Of a DNA stretch of 64,000 nucleotides, positions 27,133 to 36,063 are shown piece after piece; position 1 is the first letter of the stretch; each line of letters starts with the position of its first letter. The position numbers were made by a program, and so were the translations under genes. Source of the DNA: Actinomycetota bacterium. Its GTDB lineage: Bacteria > Actinomycetota > UBA4738 > HRBIN12. The stretch covers positions 13,104 to 77,103 of the forward strand of contig DASUQI010000010.1 in the NCBI GenBank assembly GCA_036280655.1, in the 5' to 3' direction. The notes beneath the pieces are model-generated. The model did not search any database. It had not been told where the DNA came from and saw only the letters and a list, made by a program, of their open reading frames with translations.

Positions 27133-27909
27133 TTACGGGGTCTGGTCGACCGTTCCGGTGAGCACGACCTCGCCGGCAGCGTCGAGCACCGTCACCGTCG
27201 AGTAGCCGGTGAGCGGCTGCGTCTGGAACTGACGGAAGACCTCGGCGCCGCCGTCGGAATCGAGTTCGGCGATGCGGCCGGCGCGGAGCACCTGACCGGC
27301 GTCGTTCGAAAGCTGCACGCGGTACGGGAGACGGTCCGGGTCGTCGCTCAGGCCGTTGGCGATCACGATCACGAAGTCGAGCATCGTGGGCGAGACGAGC
27401 TGCAGGACGGCCGCGCCTCCGGTGCCCCCGGCGGCGGGCGCGAGCTGACCGAGCCGCGCCCCCTCGTTGCTCGAGATCTCCTCGCCGGGAATCACCTGCG
27501 ACAGCACCACCTGGAACCGCTCGAGGGCGCGGGCCCGATCGCGTTCGGCCTGCTCCGCTCTGTCCGCGAACCGGTCGGCGCGACCCGCCATGACCGCGCC
27601 CCAGCCGAGGCTCGCCACCGCGACCATCGCGGCGACGATCGCGGCCGCCGCGGTTCTCGCGCGGCGGGGGGTGCCGGAGCCGCCGGCGACCCGCCGGACG
27701 CGGTCCACGACGCGCTCGTTCAGTCCCTGCGGGACCGATGCGGGAGTGAGCGAGTACGCGAGGATCGCGGCCGCCTGGCCGAGGTCCGAGGCCTCCTTGC
27801 GGCACCCGGCGCACCACTGGAGATGTCGCTCAACCTCTTTGCGGTCTTCGGGGGTGATCGTGTCTACCGCGAGCTCCGGAAGGAGCTCGCGGACCTCCAG
27901 GCAGGTCAC
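27133..27909 (-). CDS. Anti-sigma factor (zinc-finger ZAS-type N-terminus, single TM)
   Basis: HLQWCAGCR (HxxxCxxC) motif and a TM segment (AAAIVAAMVAVASLGWGAV). Its start overlaps the sigma gene stop (27906-27909). Confidence 0.7.
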   Translation of the reverse strand: MTCLEVRELLPELAVDTITPEDRKEVERHLQWCAGCRKEASDLGQAAAILAYSLTPASVPQGLNERVVDRVRRVAGGSGTPRRARTAAAAIVAAMVAVASLGWGAVMAGRADRFADRAEQAERDRARALERFQVVLSQVIPGEEISSNEGARLGQLAPAAGGTGGAAVLQLVSPTMLDFVIVIANGLSDDPDRLPYRVQLSNDAGQVLRAGRIAELDSDGGAEVFRQFQTQPLTGYSTVTVLDAAGEVVLTGTVDQTP

Positions 27910-28478
27910 GGCCGTTCCTTGTCCTGGTTCGCCCGTCGAACCTTGATGAGGGCGGTGCGGAGCCGCGTCTTGACGGTTCCGAGCGGCGTTCCGTCCGCCT
28001 CGGCGATCTCGCGGGCCGTGAAGCCGCCGAAGTACGCACGGGCGAGCAGCCGTTTCTCGGCATCGGACAGGGTCTCGAGCGCGCGGATCGCCGCGTCGCG
28101 CTCGATCAGCGGTTCGTCCTCGTCGGCCCCGATCACCTCGGGTACCTCGTCGACGAGCACGAGCTGCGGACGGGTGGCGCCGGTCTCGCGGCGCAGCCGG
28201 TCGACCGCCAGGTTATGGGCGATCGTCATGAGCCACGTTGACAGGCGTCCCCGGGAGGGGTCGAACCGCGCGGCCTTGCGCCACGCCGCGACGAAGACGT
28301 CCTGGGTCAATTCCTCCGCCGCCTCCGCGCTCCCGAGCAGCCGGAGGCCGAGCGTGAAGATCGGCCGCGCGTACCGCGCGTAGAGCGTTCGAACGGCCTC
28401 TTCGTTCCCGGCAAGGAGCGCCTCCACCAGCTGCTGCTCCTCGCGGGCGAGGAGCGGTCCGTCGGGGCGAGTGCTCAC
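27906..28478 (-). CDS. ECF (sigma-70 family) RNA polymerase sigma factor
   Basis: Region 2 (RLLGSAEAAEELTQDVFVAAWR) and region 4 HTH (TAREIAEADGTPLGTVKTRL). Confidence 0.85.
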   Translation of the reverse strand: MSTRPDGPLLAREEQQLVEALLAGNEEAVRTLYARYARPIFTLGLRLLGSAEAAEELTQDVFVAAWRKAARFDPSRGRLSTWLMTIAHNLAVDRLRRETGATRPQLVLVDEVPEVIGADEDEPLIERDAAIRALETLSDAEKRLLARAYFGGFTAREIAEADGTPLGTVKTRLRTALIKVRRANQDKERP

Positions 28479-28616
28479 CCGTCTCCTTCCCGGTATACGG
28501 CCGACGCGCGGCCGCGAGTTTTCTGCTGGACCTTCGTCATCATGCCATGCCTGTGGGCCATCCGGCCCTCGGACATCTGACCTGATTCGTCGCTGTCGGA
28601 CGTTCGGCCTGCGGTT

Positions 28617-29270
28617 TCAGTGCCCGTTCGACGAGAAATGCATGTAGTCCTTCGCTGAGGTCCAGTTCCCGCCCCACCCCCATCCGATCCGCCGGAACGC
28701 CCGAACGACCGCGTCCCCACGCACGACCATCCCCGGCCGGACGTCGGACCGGTCCACGTAGCGGCGGCCTCGGAGGGGGCGGACGTAGGAGCCGTCGACG
28801 TAGGGGTTCTCGACCGGGTTGAGGTCGATCGCTCGCCCGTAGGCGTGCTGGGACCAGGTCGTGGTCCCACGCACGTACCGGCAGTTGAACGCCGAGGTGT
28901 TGTCGTGGCGCATGGACGCCCGGTCGTCGGCGTCGAAGCTGTCGACGAGCCGGACCCGGTGGACCGCGAACCCCACCCGGTAGAGGCGCCGGAACACGCC
29001 GAGGGCCTCGTCGGCCCACCGGCGGTGCACGACGAGTCGGCCCCGCTGCGCCGTGCCGTCGAACCCGACGTAGGTCACCCGCACCTGCCGGAGGTTCCGG
29101 AGCGACACGGGACATCCCGGGCGCCACGAGGAGCCCGTCATCCACTCACGTGTCTCGCGGTCGAGCCGCGTCACCGAACCGGAGAAGGGGGGCAACTCCC
29201 CGGCGAGCGCGGGGATGGCCGAGGCGCCGAGCAACACGAGGAGCGCGACGCCGACGGCCGTGACCCGCAT
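28617..29270 (-). CDS. Peptidase M15 family (VanY/D-Ala-D-Ala carboxypeptidase-like), secreted
   Basis: Signal peptide, then HAYGRAIDLNP and DYMHFS zinc-ligand blocks typical of M15. Confidence 0.75.
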   Translation of the reverse strand: MRVTAVGVALLVLLGASAIPALAGELPPFSGSVTRLDRETREWMTGSSWRPGCPVSLRNLRQVRVTYVGFDGTAQRGRLVVHRRWADEALGVFRRLYRVGFAVHRVRLVDSFDADDRASMRHDNTSAFNCRYVRGTTTWSQHAYGRAIDLNPVENPYVDGSYVRPLRGRRYVDRSDVRPGMVVRGDAVVRAFRRIGWGWGGNWTSAKDYMHFSSNGH

Positions 29271-29333
29271 CGTGGGGAGGCTACCCCGGGCCGCCTGCCG
29301 CGAACCGCGACCGGTGCGATGATTCGAGGTGAG

Positions 29334-30674
29334 ATGAACGTGCGTCAGCGGCGCCTCCTCGCGCCGGCAGGGCTGGCGATGGCGGCGCTCGGCCTGCTCG
29401 CGCCGGGCGCTTCGGGCCAGGCCGCGACGCCCACGGTGGTCGAGCTCCGGATCGACGGCGTCGTCGACCCCTTCATCGCGAACTACGTCGAGGGCGGGAT
29501 CTCGTCGGCCGCCGACGAGGACGCCGCCGCCGTGCTGATCACGCTCGACACGCCGGGCGGGCTCGACTCCTCGATGCGCGAGATCACCCAGGCGATCCTG
29601 AACTCAGAGATCCCGGTGATCGGCTACGTGTCGCCGCAGGGCGCCCGGGCCGCGTCGGCGGGCACCTTCATCCTGCTCTCGACGAACATCGCGGCGATGG
29701 CGCCCGCGACGAACGTCGGCGCGGCGCAGCCGGTCGGCCTCTCGGGCGCCGTGGCATCGGAGAAGGCGGTGAACGACGCGGCCGAGTACATCGTGAGCAT
29801 CGCCGAGCAGCGCGACCGGAACGCCGAGTGGGCCGAATCGGCGGTCCGCGACGCCGAGAGCGTCTCCGCCGAGCAGGCACTCGAGCTCGGCGTGATCGAC
29901 CTCATCGCGTCCGACGTCCCGACGCTGCTCCGGGACGTCGACGGGACGACGGTCGACGTCGCCGGCGACGAGACCGTGACGCTCGACCTCACCGGCGCGA
30001 CGGTGCAGCAGGAGGACCTCGGCGCGTTCGCCGGCTTCCTGCACGGGCTGCTCGATCCGAACCTCGCGTTCCTGTTCTTCTGGCTCGGCCTCGCGCTGAT
30101 CGTCGCCGAGTTCTTCATCCCCGGCGGGGTGGCCGGGACGCTCGGCGTGCTGATGCTCGTGTCCTCGCTCGTGGCGCTCGGGATGCTACCGGTGCAGCTG
30201 ATCGGGGTCGTGCTGCTGGTCGCGTCGGTCGTGTTCTTCGTGCTCGAGCTCCTGCATCCGGGCGTCGGGTTGCCGGCGATCGCCGGCGTGATCTCGCTCG
30301 TGCTGGGAGGCCTGTTCCTGTTCGACACGTCGGTGCCGGGCGTCTCGGTGTCGTGGCTCGTGATCGTGCCCGTCGCGGGGTTCGCCGTCCTGTTCTTCCT
30401 CATCGTCGTCCGCAAGGCGATGCAGCTCCGGCACTGGGAGGTCACGACCCGGGACGAGCAGCTCGTCGGCGCCGAGGGGACCGTCGTGCAGACGCTCGAC
30501 CCGACCGGCGTCGTGAAGGTCGCGGCCGAGGAGTGGTCGGCCCGCACGGTCCGCGGGACGCCCCGCCGCGGCGACAAGGTGCGTGTCGTGAGGATGGAGG
30601 GGCTCACCCTGGAGGTCGAGCCCGTCGAGACGCCGGCGACGGCGTCCGTTGAAGGAGATCGGAGGGAACCGTGA
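29334..30674 (+). CDS. NfeD-family membrane-bound serine protease
   Basis: Signal/TM, a ClpP-like domain (TPGGLDSS), multi-TM middle, and a C-terminal OB-fold. Start ATG 29334 follows gaggtgag; the in-frame ATG 29319 is the alternative. Confidence 0.8.
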   Translation: MNVRQRRLLAPAGLAMAALGLLAPGASGQAATPTVVELRIDGVVDPFIANYVEGGISSAADEDAAAVLITLDTPGGLDSSMREITQAILNSEIPVIGYVSPQGARAASAGTFILLSTNIAAMAPATNVGAAQPVGLSGAVASEKAVNDAAEYIVSIAEQRDRNAEWAESAVRDAESVSAEQALELGVIDLIASDVPTLLRDVDGTTVDVAGDETVTLDLTGATVQQEDLGAFAGFLHGLLDPNLAFLFFWLGLALIVAEFFIPGGVAGTLGVLMLVSSLVALGMLPVQLIGVVLLVASVVFFVLELLHPGVGLPAIAGVISLVLGGLFLFDTSVPGVSVSWLVIVPVAGFAVLFFLIVVRKAMQLRHWEVTTRDEQLVGAEGTVVQTLDPTGVVKVAAEEWSARTVRGTPRRGDKVRVVRMEGLTLEVEPVETPATASVEGDRREP

Positions 30675-31552
30675 TCCCGTTGGCGATCGGCGTCGGCGTC
30701 GTGTTGCTGCTGCTCGTTCTGATCCTGCCCCAGGCGCTCCGGATCGTCCGCGAGTACCAGCGCCTGATGGTGTTCCGCCTGGGCCGTGCGATCGGCGCGA
30801 AGGGGCCGGGGCTCGTCTTCCTGATCCCGTTCATCGACAGGGGCGTGATGGTCGACCTGCGCGAGCTCTACCTCGAGATCCCCCACCAGACCGCGATCAC
30901 CGAGGACAACGCGACCATCTCCATCGACTTCATCGTGTTCTACCGCGTGGTCGACGCCGCGATGTCCGTGATCGAGGTCGGCAACTTCGCCGGCGCGGCG
31001 CAGAACATCGCGTCGACGACGCTGCGTTCGGTGGTCGGCGACATGAACCTCGACGAGGTGCTCGCCAAGCGCGAGGCGATGAACGAGATCCTGCGGGTGA
31101 AGCTCGACGAGGTGACCGAGCGCTGGGGCGTCAAGGTCACGAACGTCGAGATCCGCGAGATCATCCCGCCACCGGCGATCCAGGACGCGATGACCCGGCA
31201 GATGTCGGCCGAGCGCAACCGGCGCGCCGTCGTCACCGAGGCCGAGGGCACGAAGCAGGCCGCGATCACCGTGGCCGAGGGCAACAAGGCCTCCGCGATC
31301 CTGAACGCCGAGGGCGACCGCCAGGCCGCGATCCTCCGGGCCGAGGGGTTCGCGCTCGCGCTCACGAAGATCTACGAGTCGGCGTCCGGCGTCGACGCGA
31401 AGACGATGAGTCTGCAGTACCTCGAGGCGCTGAAGCAGATCGGCCAGTCGGCGTCGACGAAGTTCGTGATCCCGATGGAGTTCACGCAGCTGCTCTCGGG
31501 GCTGTCCGGGTTCGCGGAACGCAGCTTCGGCGACGGCAAGGGGAGCGCGTAG
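30671..31552 (+). CDS. SPFH/band-7 (stomatin-like) protein
   Basis: Classic NfeD-stomatin pair. Its GTG start overlaps the NfeD TGA (GTGA). SPFH core (IPHQTAITEDNATISIDFIVFYRV) and a coiled-coil tail. Confidence 0.85.
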   Translation: MIPLAIGVGVVLLLLVLILPQALRIVREYQRLMVFRLGRAIGAKGPGLVFLIPFIDRGVMVDLRELYLEIPHQTAITEDNATISIDFIVFYRVVDAAMSVIEVGNFAGAAQNIASTTLRSVVGDMNLDEVLAKREAMNEILRVKLDEVTERWGVKVTNVEIREIIPPPAIQDAMTRQMSAERNRRAVVTEAEGTKQAAITVAEGNKASAILNAEGDRQAAILRAEGFALALTKIYESASGVDAKTMSLQYLEALKQIGQSASTKFVIPMEFTQLLSGLSGFAERSFGDGKGSA

Positions 31553-31562
31553 GACCTCCCTC

Positions 31563-31591
31563 GGAACCCACGGCCCCCGCGCGGTGTAGAG
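31563..31591 (+). promoter_or_regulatory. ECF-sigma-type promoter GGAACC-N17-GTAGAG (autoregulatory, leaderless into sigma gene)
   Basis: GGAACC at 31563-31568, a 17-nt spacer, GTAGAG at 31586-31591; ATG of the ECF sigma gene at 31596. Identical architecture to the copy at 32943-32971. Confidence 0.6.
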
Positions 31592-31595
31592 CGGG

Positions 31596-32174
31596 ATGAC
31601 CGACCGAGTGGAGGGCCGTCCACTGGAGGACGTCGACCTTGCCCGTCTCGCGCGGGACGGTGACGTCCACGCCTACGGCGAGCTCGTGGAGCGGTACCGG
31701 GAGGTGGCGTTCCGAACGGCATGGCTGATCACCCGGAGCACGGCGGACGCGGAGGATGCCGCGCAGGAGGCCTTCGTGAAGGCCTTCTACGCGCTGGGGC
31801 GCTTCCGGGCCGGGGAGGCGTTCCGCCCGTGGGTCCTGCGCATCGTCGCGAACGAGGCGAAGAACCGCCGGCGCTCCGCGGGTCGCCGCGAGCGCCTTGC
31901 TCTGCGCGTCGCCGGCGAGCGCGGTCCGGGGGACGCGGCCCCGTCCCCCGAGACCGCGGCGGTCGAGGTCGAGCGGCGCGAAGACCTGCTGGCCGCGCTC
32001 GAACAGCTGCCGGAGCGCGACCGACTGGTGGTCGCGTACCGGTACCTGCTCGAGCTCTCAGAGTCCGAGACCGCCGAGGCGCTCGGGGTGCGGCCCGGGA
32101 CCGTGAAGTCGCGCCTGTCGCGGGCGCTCGGACGCTTGCGGACGGAGATGGACGCGGAGGCCTCGGATGGGTGA
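31596..32174 (+). CDS. ECF sigma factor (autoregulated, leaderless)
   Basis: Regions 2 and 4 (DAEDAAQEAFVKAF; SETAEALGVRPGTVKSRLSRA). A GGAACC-N17-GTAGAG promoter ends 4 nt before the ATG. Confidence 0.85.
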   Translation: MTDRVEGRPLEDVDLARLARDGDVHAYGELVERYREVAFRTAWLITRSTADAEDAAQEAFVKAFYALGRFRAGEAFRPWVLRIVANEAKNRRRSAGRRERLALRVAGERGPGDAAPSPETAAVEVERREDLLAALEQLPERDRLVVAYRYLLELSESETAEALGVRPGTVKSRLSRALGRLRTEMDAEASDG

Positions 32175-32937
32175 GGAGCGGAACATGAGCGAGGAGCGGC
32201 TGGTCGCGGCGCTCGCCGCGCTTGGGCCGGAGATCGCGTACCCGCCCACGCCCGCCCTCGTCCCCGCGGTCACGGCCCGACTCAGCGCGCCCCAGGCTCG
32301 AAGGCCGGTCGCTCCGGGTCGCGCGCGCTGGACCCGCCGGCGCATGCTCGTGCTCGTGGCCGTCGGCGTGCTCGCCGCCCTCGCGATCGCGGCGGCGGCC
32401 CGCCTCGCGATCGGCGCGTTCGAGGTCCGCGAGCAGCCGGCTTCGACGCCGAGCCCCTCGCAGTCGCCGGTGCAGCCCGGCGTGCTCGGCGAACCGGTGC
32501 CGCCGGAGGACGCGGCCGAGGCCGCGGGGTTCGAGCCCGCGCTGCCCGAGGGACCGCCGCCCGACGAGGTCTACGTGGTCGACAGTCCGTTCGGCGACCC
32601 GGGGCTCCTGTACGTGTGGATGCCGAGCGAGACCTACCCCCAGATCCCCGGGTCCGAGTGGGGCATGGTGCTGATGGCGTTCCAGGGCGACGCCGAGACC
32701 GTGATCAAGTACGTGGAGCGCTTCGAGGACGTCGAGGGGACCTCCGTCGAGGGCCGGTCGGCCTACTGGGTCGACGTGCCGCACGTGGTCGAGATCGAGA
32801 CCGAGGCCGGGTTCGAGACGTTCGCCGTGCGGGGCAACGTGCTCGTCTGGGAGGGCGAGGACGGTATCTCCTACCGGATGGAGACTGCGCTCGGCCTGGT
32901 CGAGGCGCTCGAGCTCGCGAGCTCCGCGACACGGTGA
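32167..32937 (+). CDS. Putative cognate anti-sigma factor / membrane protein with extracytoplasmic domain
   Basis: Overlaps the sigma gene 3' end; single TM (MLVLVAVGVLAALAIAAAARLAI), Pro-rich linker, C-terminal globular domain. Confidence 0.5.
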   Translation: MGEERNMSEERLVAALAALGPEIAYPPTPALVPAVTARLSAPQARRPVAPGRARWTRRRMLVLVAVGVLAALAIAAAARLAIGAFEVREQPASTPSPSQSPVQPGVLGEPVPPEDAAEAAGFEPALPEGPPPDEVYVVDSPFGDPGLLYVWMPSETYPQIPGSEWGMVLMAFQGDAETVIKYVERFEDVEGTSVEGRSAYWVDVPHVVEIETEAGFETFAVRGNVLVWEGEDGISYRMETALGLVEALELASSATR

Positions 32938-32942
32938 CCCGG

Positions 32943-32971
32943 GGAACCTCGCCGTTCCGGGCGGTGTAGAG
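32943..32971 (+). promoter_or_regulatory. Second copy of ECF-type promoter GGAACC-N17-GTAGAG upstream of cupredoxin-cupredoxin-TolB-like operon
   Basis: GGAACC 32943-32948, 17-nt spacer, GTAGAG 32966-32971. The 11-mer GCGGTGTAGAG is shared with the first copy. An RBS ggaaggaggg follows before ATG 33002. Confidence 0.6.
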
Positions 32972-33001
32972 GTTTCGACGCACGGACGGAAGGAGGGCTC
33001 C

Positions 33002-33565
33002 ATGACCCGTCGGATCGGGATCGCGCTCGCCGCGACGTTCCTGGTCGTCCTGCTCGTGCCCGCCGCCCCAGCGATCGCGGGCGGAGGCTGCCACACGGGC
33101 CCCACGCAGGGCGAAGGCGACACCGTCGAGCTCAAGGATGCGTGCTTCACCCCGTCGAACCTGTCGATCGACCCGGGCGAGTCGGTCACGTTCGTGAACC
33201 TTGACGACATCACCCACAACGTCGGCGGCGGCGGGTGGGGGTACTTCGAGGACATGTCGCAGGGCGACACCTTCACGGCCACGTTCGACGAGGCCGGGAC
33301 GTACCCGTACGCCTGCTCGTACCACCCGGGCATGACCGGCGCGGTCATCGTCGGCGGCGGCACCGGCGTGGGGAGCGGCGAGGCCATCACGGTCGATGCG
33401 TTCGAACAGCCCCAACCGTCGCCCGTGGTCGAGGTGCGGACGGTGTCCGAGCCCTCGAGCGGCACCACGGTGGCGATCGGCTGGCTCGCCGGCGCCGTGA
33501 TCGGCGTGGCGCTCGGGTTCGGGATCGCCGCGCTCGTGCGGCGGAACGCGCGGCCCATCGCGTAG
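33002..33565 (+). CDS. Membrane-anchored cupredoxin (type-1 blue copper protein), paralog 1
   Basis: Signal peptide, T1Cu ligand set His (ITHNV) ... Cys-x2-His-x2-Met (YACSYHPGM), C-terminal TM (IGWLAGAVIGVALGFGIAALV). An ECF-type promoter lies upstream. Confidence 0.7.
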   Translation: MTRRIGIALAATFLVVLLVPAAPAIAGGGCHTGPTQGEGDTVELKDACFTPSNLSIDPGESVTFVNLDDITHNVGGGGWGYFEDMSQGDTFTATFDEAGTYPYACSYHPGMTGAVIVGGGTGVGSGEAITVDAFEQPQPSPVVEVRTVSEPSSGTTVAIGWLAGAVIGVALGFGIAALVRRNARPIA

Positions 33566-33646
33566 GGAACGCCTCACAGGAGGAACGCTCGTCGGGAACC
33601 GCGACCCCCTCCGCCCGGTCTGCTCGGGTGGACCGGCGGAGAAGGG

Positions 33647-34252
33647 GTGGCGATGGTCCGGCGAGCGTTCCTCACCCTCGTGCTGAGCGGGATCGCGCTG
33701 GCGATCCCGGTGCCCGCCTCGGCGGGCGGCGGCGGGTGCTCCGAGGTCACCGAGGGCACCGGCACGACCGTCGAGATGCTCTACGCTTGCCTGACGCCGA
33801 CCCTGTTGCGCGTCCAGCCCGGCGAGACCGTCACGTTCGTGAACCGCGACGAGTTCCGGCACGTGATCTCGGGCTCCGGCTACGCCTGGAGCAGCGACGG
33901 GAACATGAAACCCGGCGAGGCGTTCACCGCGACGTTCCGCAACGACGGGGTGTACCCGTACCAGTGCTTCCTGCACCCCGGCATGGCGGGCGCCGTGATC
34001 GTGGGCGACGCAACCGGTCCCGGCGCCGCGGACCGAGGTGGCGTGTTCGTGGCTCCGTTCGAGGTCGAACAGCAGCCCCCCGAGGTCGTCTACGTGACCC
34101 GGGCGCCCCAACCGGGTGCGACGTCGACGTCATCCGGATCGCCGGTTGCGCTTGTCGGCGGCATCCTGGTCGGCGTCGCGGTCGGGGCGATCGTGACGCT
34201 CGGTGTGCGGAGCTCGGCCGCGCGGCGCCGCATGAGAGACGTGACGACCTGA
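33647..34252 (+). CDS. Membrane-anchored cupredoxin, paralog 2
   Basis: Same architecture as paralog 1: FRHVI ... YQCFLHPGM, and a C-terminal TM (LVGGILVGVAVGAIVTLGV). Confidence 0.7.
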   Translation: MAMVRRAFLTLVLSGIALAIPVPASAGGGGCSEVTEGTGTTVEMLYACLTPTLLRVQPGETVTFVNRDEFRHVISGSGYAWSSDGNMKPGEAFTATFRNDGVYPYQCFLHPGMAGAVIVGDATGPGAADRGGVFVAPFEVEQQPPEVVYVTRAPQPGATSTSSGSPVALVGGILVGVAVGAIVTLGVRSSAARRRMRDVTT

Positions 34253-36063
34253 TGGCGACCCGCGCGACCTCCCTCCCCTTCCCCAGGGTCCGGCGCCGGC
34301 ACGTCCGCGTTCGGCACCCGGCGCCGGTGGTCGGCGTCCTCCTCGTGCTCGTGTCGGTGGCCTCGCTCGCGACCGCGCTCGGCAGGCTGCCGGTCGAGGC
34401 CTCCCCTCCGCGCGCCGAACAGGTTGCAGGGCTCGCCGCGCTGCGGCCACCCGCGTCGCTCGACACGATCCCCGGGATCGAGGAGGCGGCGTGGCCGAGG
34501 AGCCGGTATCCGGTGGGCGGCTTCGCGTTCGTCCGGTGCACGAACCTGTGGACGGCCCACGCCGACGGCTCCGCGCCTCGTCGCATCCTGACGATGCCGG
34601 GCATCTCGTCGCCGACCTTCTCCCCCGATGGACGGACGATCGCGTTCCTCGCCGCGGGAACGGCCGGGACCGAGATCTGGCTCGCGGCGGCCGACGGCTC
34701 GGTCGCGCGGCGGCTCGGGACGATCGCGGTGGACGGCGAACCGGTCCTGACGAACGTCGGCCCGCTCGCGTGGTCGCCGGACGGCACCCGGCTCGCGTTC
34801 TCGCTGATGCCGGCCGCCCTGCGCGGCGGCACGCCGAGCCACTGGGCTCTGCGGCTGGACGCCGGGATGTTCGACCCGATCGGCGAGGGCGGCGACGAAC
34901 CCGTCTGGCTCGGCCGCCAGGTCCTCGTGGCCGGGCGGGACGGCGGCGGGGTGGACAACCTCTGGGGCGACCGGTGGACCGCACGACGGCTGTCGAAGCT
35001 CGGGGACGTCGAGGCGCTCGCGTTCGCGCCGGGCTGGTGGGCCTGGGAGTGGGAGAAGCAGACGGCGGTGCTCGCCGACGACGGCGACGAGCTCGCGCTC
35101 TCCTGGCAGAAGCGGCCGTGGGGCGTCGGCTCCGATCTCGAGACGGCCCCGCCCGCCGGATACGCGTTCGACCCGGGCAGCGGGCTCGCGATCCTGCAGC
35201 ACGGGACCGTCGCCGTGACGCTCCTCGACCCATCGGGCGAACGCGATCTCGGGCTCTTCGACCCGAGCTCGTTCACGTGGGAGACGCTGGACTACGCGTG
35301 GGACGCGGCCGGGAGCCCGGCCCCGGCGGTCGTCGGCTCCATCGAGGAGCAGCGCGCGGTCGAGCTCGCGCGCGACGTGCTCTGGAGCCTCGGACGGCCG
35401 GATCGGGTCCAAGCCGACCTGCTGCTCGCCGAGCCGCTGGATCCGGGCCTCATCCCGTTCGCGCACGTCGGCTCCGCGATCGACGACGCGGTGCGCGAGG
35501 GCGATGCGTGGACGATCCCCGCGCACACCTATGGCCGGATGGGCGCCGCGATCGGTACCCGCGACGTAACGGTGACGGTTCAGGGGGTGGACGGACGGCT
35601 CGCGGCGACGCTCGCGGCGGCCGGTCCGATCGTCCGCCTCCGAACCGTGGACGACGCGGCCCGCTTCCTCGAACGCGTCCTCACCGTCCCGGTGATCGCC
35701 CCCGCGGGGCTCCCCGAGGGCACCCGACTCGCGTCGCGCTGGGCGGTCGAGGCCTGGTCGTGGCGGGGTAGGACGACCGGGTCGCTGCACGTCGTCGCGC
35801 CCGGGATCGGCCGGCTCGACTTCTTCTACGGGGACGGAGGGCTCGGCTGCGGCGCGTACCCGGTGCCGCTCGAGCTCGGGACCGGGACCCAGGCGATCGT
35901 CCAGGACCCCGAGATGAGCGACGGCTACAACGCGATCGCCTGGCCCGCGGCGCCGAAGGACTCGAGCGGTCCCTTCGGCATCTCGGCGAACACCTCGACC
36001 GAGACGCTCGTCGCGATCGCGACCGCGATGGATGCCTCGAGGCGCTCGACCCGGTCAGACTAG
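34252..36063 (+). CDS. TolB-like beta-propeller (PD40/WD40-like) periplasmic protein with N-terminal TM
   Basis: The ATG overlaps the cupredoxin-2 stop. PD40 repeats (SPTFSPDGRTIAF, LAWSPDGTRLAF). 603 aa. Confidence 0.65.
   Translation: MATRATSLPFPRVRRRHVRVRHPAPVVGVLLVLVSVASLATALGRLPVEASPPRAEQVAGLAALRPPASLDTIPGIEEAAWPRSRYPVGGFAFVRCTNLWTAHADGSAPRRILTMPGISSPTFSPDGRTIAFLAAGTAGTEIWLAAADGSVARRLGTIAVDGEPVLTNVGPLAWSPDGTRLAFSLMPAALRGGTPSHWALRLDAGMFDPIGEGGDEPVWLGRQVLVAGRDGGGVDNLWGDRWTARRLSKLGDVEALAFAPGWWAWEWEKQTAVLADDGDELALSWQKRPWGVGSDLETAPPAGYAFDPGSGLAILQHGTVAVTLLDPSGERDLGLFDPSSFTWETLDYAWDAAGSPAPAVVGSIEEQRAVELARDVLWSLGRPDRVQADLLLAEPLDPGLIPFAHVGSAIDDAVREGDAWTIPAHTYGRMGAAIGTRDVTVTVQGVDGRLAATLAAAGPIVRLRTVDDAARFLERVLTVPVIAPAGLPEGTRLASRWAVEAWSWRGRTTGSLHVVAPGIGRLDFFYGDGGLGCGAYPVPLELGTGTQAIVQDPEMSDGYNAIAWPAAPKDSSGPFGISANTSTETLVAIATAMDASRRSTRSD

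Noticed and set aside
28845-29333. N-terminal extension of the NfeD ORF (609-aa track ORF)
   Set aside because: The extension overlaps the convergent M15 peptidase gene and is R/G/H-rich; a proper signal peptide follows ATG 29334.
34090-35790. 566-aa and 450-aa minus-strand ORFs inside the TolB-like gene
   Set aside because: Antisense artefacts; the plus frame shows PD40 repeats and is translationally linked to the cupredoxin gene.
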